The notes under the pieces: generated by a model
The model's input: only the letters and a program-made list of their open reading frames with translations
What the model was told of the DNA's origin: nothing
Database searches by the model: none
From: Eledone cirrhosa
Taxonomy: Eukaryota
Assembly: GCA_964016885.1 (NCBI GenBank)
Contig: OZ024740.1
Location: 150,846,001-150,910,000 of the forward strand
Reading direction: 5' to 3'
Length of the DNA: 64,000 nt
Position numbers and translations under genes: made by a program
Part shown: positions 1 through 13,363 of the stretch, in pieces
How the letters are laid out: every line of letters begins with the position of its first letter
Numbering within the stretch: position 1 is the stretch's first letter

Positions 1-256
1 TAAAAAGCTTCATAAGGGGCGACCTCATGGATCAACTAAGCACTCTTGCCATAATAACACATTTTGAACTTCTTATCTTCAAGAAATATGCCTGTAAATA
101 ATATTATTTTTTCTTTCCCTATCATGTTTCACATTACCCACTTTTTTATTTTTTATTTTCACTTCAAAAACCTTGTTTGTAAATAACATTATTCTTTCTT
201 CCCCATTTCCTTAACATGTTCAACATCACCAACATTTTACACCAATACAAATTCCC

Positions 257-294
257 CCCTTTGATAATGCATAAAATGCTGAAACCGGTAATAG
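257..294 (+). ncRNA. Degenerate minimal hammerhead motif (PLE pLTR remnant)
   Basis: TTGATAA (two changes from CTGANGA), stem II gcat/atgc, GAAA, palindromic CCGG, then TA. Stem I is eroded. Confidence 0.35.
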
Positions 295-739
295 ACAATT
301 ATTAAATATATAAATAATTAAATAAATGCCATTGTTAATTAATAAATAAATTAACTAATACCTTAACACTTCACACAAAGTAAAATATTTTGTTTTAAAC
401 ATTTTCAAACCCAGAAAAAAGAGAAAAAAATAAAAGGCAAACAAATATTTTTCTTCCTAATAAGCGTCTTTTTCTCCCTATTTTCATATATATATATATA
501 TATATATATTCCAACTTCTGTGCTCCTTCTCCACATTTTATTATTATTATATATATACATATAAATATATATGAGAGAGGAGTACAGATAGCAAATACGT
601 TGACGTATATTTCTCTCTGTAAAATATATATGTATGATTATATGATCATGTAAATATAAAACTTCTATCCATGTAAACTTGCGTTATTATAAATATGATG
701 TATAACAGAAATAACACACTTATACGTATATATATTTGT

Positions 740-754
740 ACGTATGTGTGTGTG

Positions 755-832
<78 letters not shown>

Positions 833-896
833 TATATATATACATGTATATACATATTTACATGTATATATGAATACATATTTATATATATAAATG

Positions 897-929
<33 letters not shown>

Positions 930-948
930 CATATATATATATATACAA
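740..948. repeat. (TA)n/(TG)n microsatellite complex, representative of dozens in the window
   Basis: Long dinucleotide runs seen directly; they generate the YIYI ORFs. Confidence 0.95.
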
Positions 949-1314
949 TAAATTTAAAGCTGCTTATAGTGTCAATAGTGGCATAGGTCAAAATATACTC
1001 ATATATCTTAAAGTTAGTGTTCTACACACGTAAACAAGGCAAAAATAGAATGTTAAGAAATAACTAAGAAATTGGACAATGACTGACTATGTATGAGGAG
1101 TGAGAATGGTAATGAATATACATGTATATGTATGTGTGTGTGTGTTTGTCTAAATGTGCTTGTGTATATATGTGTATGAATGTATATACTTACGCACATA
1201 TCTATATGTTTGCATGTATGCACGTATGTATGTATCTATGTACGTATGTATGAATGTATCTATGCAGGTATACAATTATGTATTTGTCTATATTTGATTG
1301 TCATAAATCAACCT

Positions 1315-1560
1315 GGTTTAGTTTTAAGGATGTTAGGCTTACGGTTTTAAAGTTCTGAGTTCAATTACAGACAAGGATTGTGACATTAAGCAAAACACTT
1401 TACTTCACTTTCCTTCTGTTCACTCAGCCTGAAATGTGTGTCATTCCCGTAGTTCAAAAGTCCAGCGATGTCATACCATATGTCACTTTGGATTGCTTTG
1501 AGAACTTTGCATATTTGTGGAATATTCAGCCACTGGCACATTAATTTCACGAGCCGGCTA
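1315..1560 (+). mobile_element. Degenerate tRNA-derived SINE
   Basis: B-box-like gttctgagttcaa. The segment attcagccactggcacattaatttcac resembles the reverse complement of a repeat segment at ~36345-36375. Confidence 0.5.
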
Positions 1561-2226
1561 CTACTACTAATACTACTATTATCACTTCTATACTGTTCTT
1601 ACAGCAATTGACACCGATGGTTACTCCCCCCTATGTAACTGTCATTGTTGTTTCTGCTTTGGCGTTTGTTGTAGTTGTTGTAGATGATAATTAACATCAT
1701 CTCCCTTCAGCACCATATCATTTTTTTAACACACTTGCGTTTGAGCTATCAAAGGATGTATTCCTTACTGTTAAAGAATTTACAACCGAACTGATACCAG
1801 AGTACATAGACGATCTTAGATCTTGGCGTCACTTGGGCGTTCAAATAAGTAAGGAATGCGAAAGTTTGGAAATATATTCAACAAATAGCTTTGTGGTGTT
1901 GCTGAGAGGGTGTTTGAAGTAATCATGTCAGCAGGGCTTTGAGGAAACAACATTTTAATTCGCCTGTTGTATATCACAGAATGTAAACGGCAGTAGTAAT
2001 TTTTATTCATGTAATTATTTGTTCATGTAACATGAGACTGATGAGGTTGTAACTGTTACATAACAATAAAAATTGACATATACATAACAACGATTATATA
2101 ATCAATAAAATGATGTAAATAGTTTGATGTAAATAGTTTGATGAAAATAGTTTGATCACTACCCACTGAGTTCGTTTTACCCAAGGCTGCCATTGACGGC
2201 ATTTCGCTGATTTAACAGCTATTTTT

Positions 2227-2302
<76 letters not shown>

Positions 2303-3109
2303 GTATAACTGTTGACCCTGCAGTATATTGTTTAAAACTGCGAAAGTTATATTTTGGTACTGATGCAATTTGATTTCTCGCCTGAATATAATAACACATG
2401 GTACGTAATTTCTCATGGCTGACATACCAGCAGCAGCTATAGACAGACACACATATACCCACATATTATGTTTTATAATGTATACATAATTATAGGTATA
2501 TATTCTATTCTTATTGTTTTCAAACATTTTACTCGAACAATATTGCATCACTGTCATGAAGGATTTTCGTATCGTCTATATCGTCTCCAGTTCGTACTTC
2601 TTCAATATCTATTTGCTAATCATAGAACATAACAAATAGAAACGTAAATGTTGCCACCGACACACGCACACGAATACACACACTCATACCTACTTGTATA
2701 CACACATACACACAATAGGCTCACATAGAGATTTCGTGTATCAAGTTTCAATTACAAGGCATTGATCAACTCGACACTATGGATTGAAACACTCGTGTGA
2801 GTCTGAGCTCAAGTCAACTCAATAATGCATATGACCGCAGCTGTAAAGCAAAGATAATCTTTTATCCTAGCTGATTATTTGCAACCTTTACCTATCACAC
2901 AAACGCCACTTCTCGGTTAAATGTGATGTATTTCAACCTACTTACAGATAAACAGTGTTCATTACGTTTCTCCATCTAATGATGGCCTATCGCTAGCTTG
3001 CTTTGATTCTCGAAACCTTGAAAATCAAAGATCAACCTTAACAAGATAAACCTGATTACAAGCTGAACATTTGGAGGAACTACTCATATCTATGATATTT
3101 TCTTTCTTT

Positions 3110-4370
3110 GCGTTTCCAGTCCATTTCATATCTCAATTGTGATTGAAAATATTTTTCTCCAAGATAAAAAATATTTTTCTTCAATGCATTTCCCTCCAAA
3201 TTGCCACACGCATACTACCCTTTTGTTTAGATGTGTTTTGAAGCAGTATTTGTCTTTTAACATCGGGCTGTCTAGGTGTTGTTGCCCTTTCCCAGAATAG
3301 AGCTCTCTATTGATACTTAGGAATTTCCGTATGGGCAATGCGAAATATATGGCCTGTTCACTTCAGTTTGCTACGTTGCTAGATAGCTTCTTTACTTTCA
3401 ATATTCACTAGCAACAGAACCTCAAGATTCATCATATAACCAATCCAGGATATATGTAAAATTTACCGAATACTCCCGAAGAAACAGATCTAATTGATTA
3501 GAATAAAATGTGTGTTTCACTATAATCTAAACAAATGCGCACATTTTGAAAATAGATATTCTATTGATATTTCTACATATGTTTGAGACGATAGTGAAGA
3601 TTTTCCAAAACATTTACATGACATCGGAAGTATATTCTAGTTTTCTCATCATGATATACATCTCTGGTCAGCATTCTGGCAAGCTACATGCAGGAAGGTA
3701 CGATTTTCAAAGTTTTATCATATACCGTTATTTTAGAATCCTTACGGAGCTTTCCGTGACAGGGTTGCCAATGTAGTACTATTTTATCAAGATTTATTGT
3801 AAGACTTAAAATGTATCATGTTATGTCATCCATAAGAACTTGAAGATATTTTTAATTGCCTGACTACATCGCAATCGTCAGCGTACAACGGGTCTCTTAC
3901 GGGAGATGCAAATGTGTGTGATTTAGAATTAACCTATTAGCGATTGGATAACTTACAGTGTATGTTCTTCAGATAAGTCTTTCAACAGGATTGAAAAGCA
4001 CTAGGGTGATGTATATGGCAAATAATGTAAGAGCTGTTATATCACAGTGTTTTACGTAACTATTGATTAAAAAGGGACCTGTGATTCTCCACCAATCATA
4101 ACATGTGCTTTCATGTCATTCGAATTTTATCGGAATTTGTGTAATGAGGTTTGGAAGAGAACAATATATTGAGCAGATTACTGAATATTCTTGTCCCCAT
4201 TGAAGGATTTTATATGAATTTTTAATGATTGTTTTGCAATTCTTAGACCTTAACGGGTGCACAGTTAATTGAGCGGTGACGCTAAAATTGATTTATAAGA
4301 TACTAAAGCCTTTTCGATCTTTTCTGCCGTATGCTTATTAAAGTCACGGCGCTTTTCAAGCCAGTACTTT
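3110..4370 (-). mobile_element. RTE (BovB-like) LINE remnant, RT domain and C-terminus
   Basis: Manual minus-strand translation across stops and frameshifts gives MKAHVMIGGESQVPF, ALTLFAIY, LYADDCD (~3870-3890), LTINLDK..WQP and TGHIFRI..EIPK..ELYSGK. Confidence 0.7.
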
Positions 4371-4651
4371 TTTTATACACACGCATGCATACAAACACCC
4401 ATATATATATATATATATATATAAAATTACAACAGTGACATAAACAGGTACTTAAGTTTCGTTGTGTTCTGGACCATAACTCATTCAGCCTGTCATGAGA
4501 AAAAGAAAAATAAAGATGGCCGCCTAGGGCTGATTGTGATTTCCTTTTAGAGATATGTCATAAGAGTTGAAACAACGGCAGGCAATTTAGAAATTAGTTT
4601 TAAAAAGTTAAGTTTTTTAAATTAGAAAGTATGTATCTGTGTGCTTGTTTG

Positions 4652-4726
<75 letters not shown>

Positions 4727-5319
4727 TATATAGAGAGAGAGAGAGAGGAGAGAGAGAGAAATAGAGGGTGGTATAGAGAGAAATAAAGAGCGAAAGCAAT
4801 ATCATTACTCAGACAATAGCACTCCCTCCTCTCTCTCTGTCAATGGAATTGTGCTCCTTTGATTTCCATAACGAATATTCCAAATGTTCGGTGTACGAAA
4901 CAGCCTGCCCAGGAAACTAAAGATCAAGTCACTGACCATTCCACAGATACATATCCATTTAAAGTAATCAAGAAAATTCAGTGACACCATGTGTGGTATG
5001 ACTGGGGATTTGAATTAGTGGTAAAGTCCATCTGACGGCCTGCAAACCACTATCAGTCTATCAATATTCACCCACAAGACTTAGGTTGACACGAAGTTAT
5101 GGCAACTGACACATGTCCCCTGTACCGCATGGAATCAAAATCGAAACCTAATAACTGCGAAACGATTTCTTCCTCATTTGGCTATGTTACGGTTTCTCGT
5201 CTTTCTGAAACTTTCAGTAACAAGTTTAAACTTATTTTGGTATTACGAATTCCTGCTGCATATTGTGTTCGTTTTTCGCTTGTATATATATATAACATAG
5301 AAAGATATGTCAATCTCTG

Positions 5320-5462
<143 letters not shown>

Positions 5463-5508
5463 TAAAATAACAGATTAAAGTTTAAGCAAAGAATCGCTGC
5501 TTTCATAC

Positions 5509-5629
<121 letters not shown>

Positions 5630-5639
5630 TATATATATA

Positions 5640-6010
5640 TCATATAAGAAACGGAGAATCAGTGGTGCGACGAATAAAATTTATTAGACATATTACAATC
5701 GTTTCTCTGGCGACGAGCACGAGGCACCATCGATGTAATGATCGAACCTGACTCTGAAATCGCAAGATCCTCAGATACGTCTCGATTCTACGAAGCAGAG
5801 TTTCCAAATGTCCAGTTACCTGGACATTTGGTAACTGGACATTTGGAAAATCAGCTTCGTAAAATCGAGACGTATCTGAGGATCTTGCGATTTCAGAGTC
5901 AGGTTCTATCATTGCATCGATCGTGCCTCGAGCTGGTCGCCAGAGAAACGATTGTAATATGTCTAATATATTTTATTAGTCACACCACTGATTCTCTGTT
6001 TCTTATGTGA
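5640..6010. repeat. Long foldback palindrome (~180 bp arms, ~9 nt spacer)
   Basis: 5641-5820 is the near-perfect reverse complement of 5830-6009. The track shows near-identical 90-aa ORFs on both strands. Confidence 0.95.
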
Positions 6011-6304
6011 TATTATACTCTGCTCTGTAAGAGCATCGAGTGCTCAAACGCCCTACCGCTTACGGACGCTTTAAGCATCCCACATCAATTAAATATATAT
6101 ATATATTTATTTAGGTATGAAGGTTCACCACTGGATAGAGCTGGTCAATTCCGTATGGTCAATCTTGATATAATAATATGGAGAGTACACAACGTAAAGC
6201 AGCTCAACCGTCTTCGTTTGTGCAGTTGGTGGTGCGAGTACGGAGTTAAATATTATAATAAAATAATAGGAGCTGGACTTGTGTAAATCCTTGAAAGGTT
6301 TATT

Positions 6305-6362
6305 ATACTATGATCATTTCAATGACCGGGTTCCGTATGAATCCGGTGATATCATCAGGTAT
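6305..6362 (-). ncRNA. Type I hammerhead ribozyme (inverted pLTR copy)
   Basis: Minus strand reads ATAC-CTGATGA-stem II-GAAA-TGATCA-TA-GTAT. Confidence 0.8.
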
Positions 6363-7680
6363 TCGAAATATAATAAATGAATGTACCAGATAAAATCCAT
6401 GGGGCTGAAAATCAAAGTTTCTTCATAAAAGACTCTTTCTTTAACATCGCAACCCAAAACCTTAAAAAAAGGTTTAAACTGTTTAATTTTCAATTTTCTA
6501 ATTTTTTTATTTTATAATGTTAATCTTTAATTTTTTCAACTTCATCCTATAAATCTAAACAAAAATTTAACGTTCCAATTTTCTGTCGGACTGTTGTGTT
6601 GGTTTTCCTGGTTGCGAGACCGGCCTCCTGGTGCATAGGCCTACCTTTAGTGCTTGGAAAAATAAATTTCCCCTTCTTTTGGTAAATGAAATTACTCGAA
6701 GCGGATTGATTCGCCCCGGGGCCCGCCGCGCAGCCGTTTATTGACCGCCATATAGTACCTTTAAATTCTAGGCCTAATCATAACTATGAGCTGTATCATG
6801 CCTCCCTCTACTTAAACAAATTCCCCTCCTGTGTAAATTAATAGTACTCGTTTGGTATATCGATGGCCTAACGACGATGGCTGACTTCCCACTAGTACAC
6901 CTGAAGCCTATAATATATTCCTAGAGTGCTTGGAAAAATTGATTTCCATATCTTTCGCTAGGCGATCTCACTCGGAATGGCTGACACGTGGTTAGGATGG
7001 GCTGGCCGGAGTCTGCAGTCGCCGCATGCTGTTTAACTGCTAAACAAGGACATAATCTTTACTCTACCTCCCACTCGGATAACTTATAGAGGATCTCTAT
7101 AATACAATTAAAGTTTCTTCATAAAAGACTCTTTCTTTAACTAAACCTCGCAACCCAAAACCATAACCATTTTTTTAAACTGTTTAATTTTCAATTTTCT
7201 AATTTTTTAATTTTATAATGTTAATCTTTAAATTTTTTAACTTCATCCTATAAATCTAAACACAAATTTAACGTTCCAATCTTCTGTTCACACATTATAC
7301 CATGTAGATCCCCACTATATATACATCTGTTATAATATATAACTCTGTTAAGATATGGGTCCTCTCGCGGCAATTCCTGGTCTGACTGTAGCATGACATT
7401 AATGCTGACTTTTCTTCCTCTTTATTTCTGTCTTTTTTCTTGTAGCATGACATTAACGCTGACTTTTCTTCTTCTTCCTTTCTGTTTTTCTTCTCTTTGA
7501 CCGGGAGGTTTGTAGCACACTAAGCTTTAGCCCCCTCACCAGATAGCCTTAAGTAGGCCGAATGGGCAGCACTTGAGGGCGACCGGCTAAAGTGGAAGAT
7601 GCTAGATGGTCGGTCGTCCTCGGGTCTATGATTTTCAGCCCCATGGATTTTGTCTGTTACATTCATTTATTATATTTCGA

Positions 7681-7738
7681 ATACCTGATGAAATCACCGG
7701 ATTCATACGGAACCCGGTCATTGAAATGATCATAGTAT
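7681..7738 (+). ncRNA. Type I hammerhead ribozyme
   Basis: Stem I ATAC/GTAT, core CTGATGA, stem II aatcaccgg/ccggtcatt, GAAA, palindromic stem III TGATCA. Predicted cleavage after AUA at 7734. Confidence 0.82.
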
Positions 7739-7784
7739 AATAAACCTTTCAAGGATTTACACAAGTCCAGCCTCCTGTTATTTT

Positions 7785-7862
<78 letters not shown>

Positions 7863-8204
7863 CGATCAGGATTTTACCAGGTTTAAACTAGTAAGGCCAT
7901 CATTTAGCAAAGTACTCAATATACTGAATACAGAATCTGGAATTAGCTGTCGAAATGCCAAAAGCCCAGCCGTGGGCCCATGTCTCTCTCAAATATATAT
8001 ATATATATACGCGCGTGTGTTTATGTATGCGCGCACGTGAGTGTGCCTGTGTGTGTCCGCCTCTTCCTATTTAGATATTTGCCTGCTAGATGTTCTGTGC
8101 TTTCTATCGCTTTCTTACACTGGCCTTCCTCTGTAAATATATTTATTTGTGTACTAATTTGTTTTGTATGCCAAGTAAAACCACACAATAGAACAATAAT
8201 ACCA

Positions 8205-8396
8205 ATGTATTAGAATTTCGTATTTCTAAAGAAATACGGTATGTTTACAGGTAAACATTTAGAAAGCCGTAGCTATGCACAAAACCGGAGGACACCACCA
8301 CAAGGCGTTAGCCCGGTGTTTTGTATAGCTACTGCTTTCTAAATGTTTACCTGTAAACATACCGCATTTCTTTAGAAATACGAAATTCCAATACAT
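8205..8396. repeat. Inverted repeat (~74 bp arms, ~45 nt spacer)
   Basis: 8205-8278 is the reverse complement of 8323-8396 with few mismatches. Confidence 0.9.
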
Positions 8397-9463
8397 ATCT
8401 GTATACAGCTATGCATGAAGCTAAATCCTAATTCTGTTCTATTATAAGTTGAGCCAACTTAAGCAGCTTCATATGCAAATGAGATTAATCACCTAATTTA
8501 CACAGACGAGAAAACTATATATTCTCGCATATTTTCAAGTCCAGCAGTTGCAAGTGGAGCTAGAAAAAGCACAGTATATGTGCATCTATGCACAGGTGCA
8601 TATGATATAGTACACACAAATCGGTTTTCTATATCATATGCATGTGTTCATAGATGCAAATAAAACACGTGATAGACCTCAGAGGTTTCCGACCACGAGA
8701 ATTTCTGTCATTCGAACAACGAAGAAGCTAGTTCATGAAATCGCCCAATATATAGTTGAGCATTCTACAGACAAAGTCACCCATGACCTAGTTCTCATGG
8801 GGACACAGCGTGACACGGTATGTAACATGTATGGCTCTTTGAAATACATGTACAACACACTTTTGTCAGTTGAATGGACTGAAACACGTGGAATAAAATG
8901 CCTTGCACAAAACTATAACGTGCCATTGGAACCTGAACTCACGAACTTACAATCATACACTGAACACCCCTAACTACTAAGCCACGCAATATAAATACAT
9001 ACACACGCAATATAAATACATACACACGTACAAACATATATGTACATGTTTGTATGTGTGCATATGTCTACTATTACGCGCTTCGGAGGTTATGCAGATG
9101 TTATTGTTGATGGCGGTGATGGTTTTAATGATGATGATGTCGAAGACACGATGATGACGATGGGCAATATTAAAATGCCTAAGTGACCCTACCAACAAAG
9201 ACACATGTCAATGCTTCTATTGAATAAGCACTTCCAACTTTAACAAAATAGATATTACACTGAGTTTTACAGTGTATGCTGTTGTGAATGTGGCTCATTT
9301 TGTTGTATGCATATATACATGTTAACAGGGACAATAACGCACATAATTGTGCCCTTATACATGTACATACACACGCACGCATATCGCTGACTGAATACAC
9401 GTATTTTCTTCTCAAAAATATTTTTTCCATTCCTTTCTATTTCATCTTTTATTTCTCATTCTA

Positions 9464-9499
9464 TCTTCTGATGAAAGACTAGTGCCCTAAACGTTAAGA
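9464..9499 (+). ncRNA. Degenerate minimal hammerhead motif
   Basis: TCTT-CTGATGA-eroded stem II-TAAA (for GAAA)-CGTT-AAGA. Stem I tctt/aaga is intact. Confidence 0.5.
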
Positions 9500-9613
9500 A
9501 TCTTTTCCTAATATATCAAGATTTAAACTAATGTATTTCTTCATTGTACTGTATCGTTTGCTCTCTTATTTCTGTTTACCTTTTGCATACATGCGTATAT
9601 ATAAACTCGTATG

Positions 9614-9698
9614 AGCGCCTGAAGAAAAGTAACTAATTTGATACCTCTTGTATTCTGGAGGTAAGATCATATTTGAGGCTTGAAACCTTCGTAGCGCT
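9614..9698 (+). ncRNA. Type I hammerhead with extended stem II (solo pLTR)
   Basis: Stem I AGCGC/GCGCT, CTGAAGA, ~56 nt stem II region with tacctc/gaggta hairpin, GAAA-C-cttc-G-TA (GUA site). Confidence 0.72.
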
Positions 9699-9883
9699 TT
9701 TATTCCGTGTATGAACATAAATAAATAAATTATATATATATATTATGTATATTCGCAGTGACCCGTCTATTTCGTTCTTACTGCTTCCTCTTTCTCTGTA
9801 TCTTTACCCTCTCTAACAGTCACTCTCTCTGTTAGCCTCTTCCTCACCCTTCACTCACTCACTCTCTGCTACTACCTCTCCTA

Positions 9884-10141
9884 CTTCCTCCCGTTTGACC
9901 TGTGCGTAATTCTTTTCTCGCGCACGCTTGACCAGGCTGCTTGTTCCTTTTTTCTCTCTTGTCTACGATTTCACAGAACTTATGTTCACCGAATTCAGGG
10001 ACTAGACTCCTTCTTCCTCCCGTTTGACCTGTGCGGAATTCCTTCCTTGCTCACATTTTGACTAGGTTTGATGGTCTTTATTCTCTCTCGTTCACGATTT
10101 CAGCGAACTTATATTCATGGAAATCTGGGACTTGATTCTTT
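9884..10141. repeat. Diverged tandem duplication, ~129 bp unit
   Basis: cttcctcccgtttgacctgtgcg recurs at 9884 and 10013, with colinear similarity (acgatttca, gaacttat, gggact). Confidence 0.8.
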
Positions 10142-10348
10142 CTTCCTCACTTTCCGTTGCATTACCATCTTTGTTTGTTTACAGTCTCGCTCGTTCCCCT
10201 TATATACGTGTCCCAACGACTTTCTTTAGCCGTTGCTCGCACCAACCAGAGGTATATGGTCTTTAAAGCGATGAAATACCAATGAAGGTTGGAAGATCAC
10301 TGACGAAGGACTAACTTTATTCATATATATATACACACCCCCCCCCCC

Positions 10349-10398
<50 letters not shown>

Positions 10399-11337
10399 TG
10401 TGTGTGTGTATGTCTATGTACGTCCATATGAGTGTATGTGTGTTTGTGTGTGTGTACGTCAATGTGTTCCTGCTGAAATGATGAAACGGTAATAACATAC
10501 AAGATAGCAGCTGTAATTTGTAGAGAAATGGTAATAAAATGGCGGCAAAATGGGAGATTGTTGCAAATGTGCTCGAACAATTAAAACAACGCTAGAATGG
10601 TTATAGGAGTTAAGGCATTTCAATTTTCCATGTGGGGCGCCTCCCTTAGTGTAAGGGTCATGGAATGAGAATGGCTCTCGTTCGCTAATTATCAACAAAT
10701 TAATTTATGTACACACTTGAAACATTTCTCATTCACCCTCACTCCCCTCTCTCTCATTCACACACACATGCACACTCTCACCTTTTCGCTCACTCTCTTT
10801 CTTTCTCACTGAGGCATATTATTCTATTTTCTTTCTCTCCCCCACACACTAGTTTTCCCATAGTTTTTCTTACATATTTACATACGTACAATCTATATCT
10901 CTATGTGTATATTTTCCTCATACATACACAGTTCCCTTATCTATTCTTTTTCTTATTATCTCTCTCCCCCTCTCTATCTTTCTCTCTCTCACTCTCTCTC
11001 ACTATCTGTATGTCTGTTTGTGTCTGTTTCCCTCTCTCTATTTTTGTTTCGTTAATTTTCATACAAATTAACATATATATACAAGTCATAAGTAACCATT
11101 TCTTAACATTGCTAGATTTACAAACACGAATTGTCGCAATTTTATACATCTGCATAACGGACGCAATAACCTCGCATTTTCATATACACAAACAGATTTG
11201 TGAATAGCGCTTGATACCAACTGACATAGTAACCAAGATAGCACACAAATAAATACATTTACATTGAAGTAGCTCTATAATAACCGCTATCAGGTAAATA
11301 TCTAAATAGAAATACAGGCACAGACACACAAACATGC

Positions 11338-11368
<31 letters not shown>

Positions 11369-12340
11369 AAATAGGTTCGCACATATATATATATATATAT
11401 TTACAGACACACTCACCCCCCTATATATATATATAAGCATCCACCCGTCCGTCCATCCATCCCTCCCTCCCTCCCTCCATCCATCCCTCCCTCCATCTAT
11501 CCATCTATCCATCGATACATACATGCATACATACTTATATACATACGTGATGGCTGCAACACAATTTCGAGTAATGCCATCGCTTAATACTTATGCATGA
11601 GCATCACTGACGTGGCTTCCTAGTCCTGATAGGGCAAGCAATGTCATGCATCGTAAAAAAATGTCACATACCGAGCGATGCCTATGCTTGAAGCTTTTTT
11701 AAGTGAAGAAAGGCTCTGCACGGAGCCAATCCCACTCTCTTAACATTAAATGCATTTACCCCAAAAGAAAAAAACTGGTCTACATCATTGGATTCAAACG
11801 AAGTCGCAGGTTTTATAACAGAATAACCATCTCCCAGAGAGACGTCTTAATGAAGAAATACATACACACATACATATACTACGACTTACATGATCCGCTG
11901 CCATTACTACAGAGCATGTGAATATGCCACCAATACTAACATTCTTATATATATGAATAGACATTTTAGGAAACGTTAATAAACTTATGGATTCTAGAAC
12001 CTTATTGTTCCAAACCAAACAGAAAGAACTAATAATGGAATCTGAAAAATTCTTAACGAAAAAAAGGGAAAATTTGAGTGCTGTTGTGTTCTCAATATTT
12101 TAAGAAAATCTGTACCTTTTTTATTTCAAATATATATGAAAATATGTTTGCTTTTTGAATAAATACAATTCGATAAACCGCAAGTGATTCTGTCTGTTAT
12201 TTCGTCTCCAACGTTATTTTACCCGACATAATCAACCTTTATGCAATGTTAATCAGCATATTTTCAAATTTCATAAATTATTAAATTAAATTATTAAATT
12301 ATTTCATAAATTATTAAAAACAATATATATATACATATAT

Positions 12341-13083
<743 letters not shown>

Positions 13084-13138
13084 AATAAACTAGCGTTTTA
13101 GCGCGCTATACTAACTACGGGATCTTCAAACTCGTCTA

Positions 13139-13218
13139 AGCGTCTGAAGATTAGGTCACAATCACTTTTACAATCTAGAGATATTGTCAGTATTGAACCT
13201 GAAACCGTAGGCAGAGCT
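13139..13218 (+). ncRNA. Degenerate hammerhead, same pLTR family as 9614-9698
   Basis: Shares aaactcgt..agcg.ctgaaga and the downstream ttccgt.tatg..cataaataaataaat with the 9614 copy. GAAA-CC-gta-GG-CA shows a mutated cleavage U. Confidence 0.6.
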
Positions 13219-13247
13219 TTTGTTCCGTATATGGGCATAAATAAATA

Positions 13248-13363
<116 letters not shown>

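Larger units (their letters stand above)
6100..7793 (+). mobile_element. Non-coding PLE 3' remnant with inverted pLTR
   Basis: A ~165 bp inverted repeat (6251-6414 / 7629-7793) contains a hammerhead in each arm. There is an internal ~170 bp direct repeat (6414-6586 / 7111-7286), and the element is flanked by (TA)n. Confidence 0.7.

Noticed and set aside
5640-6010. Twin 90-aa ORFs on opposite strands as a gene pair
   Set aside because: They follow automatically from the palindrome and have no recognisable domain.
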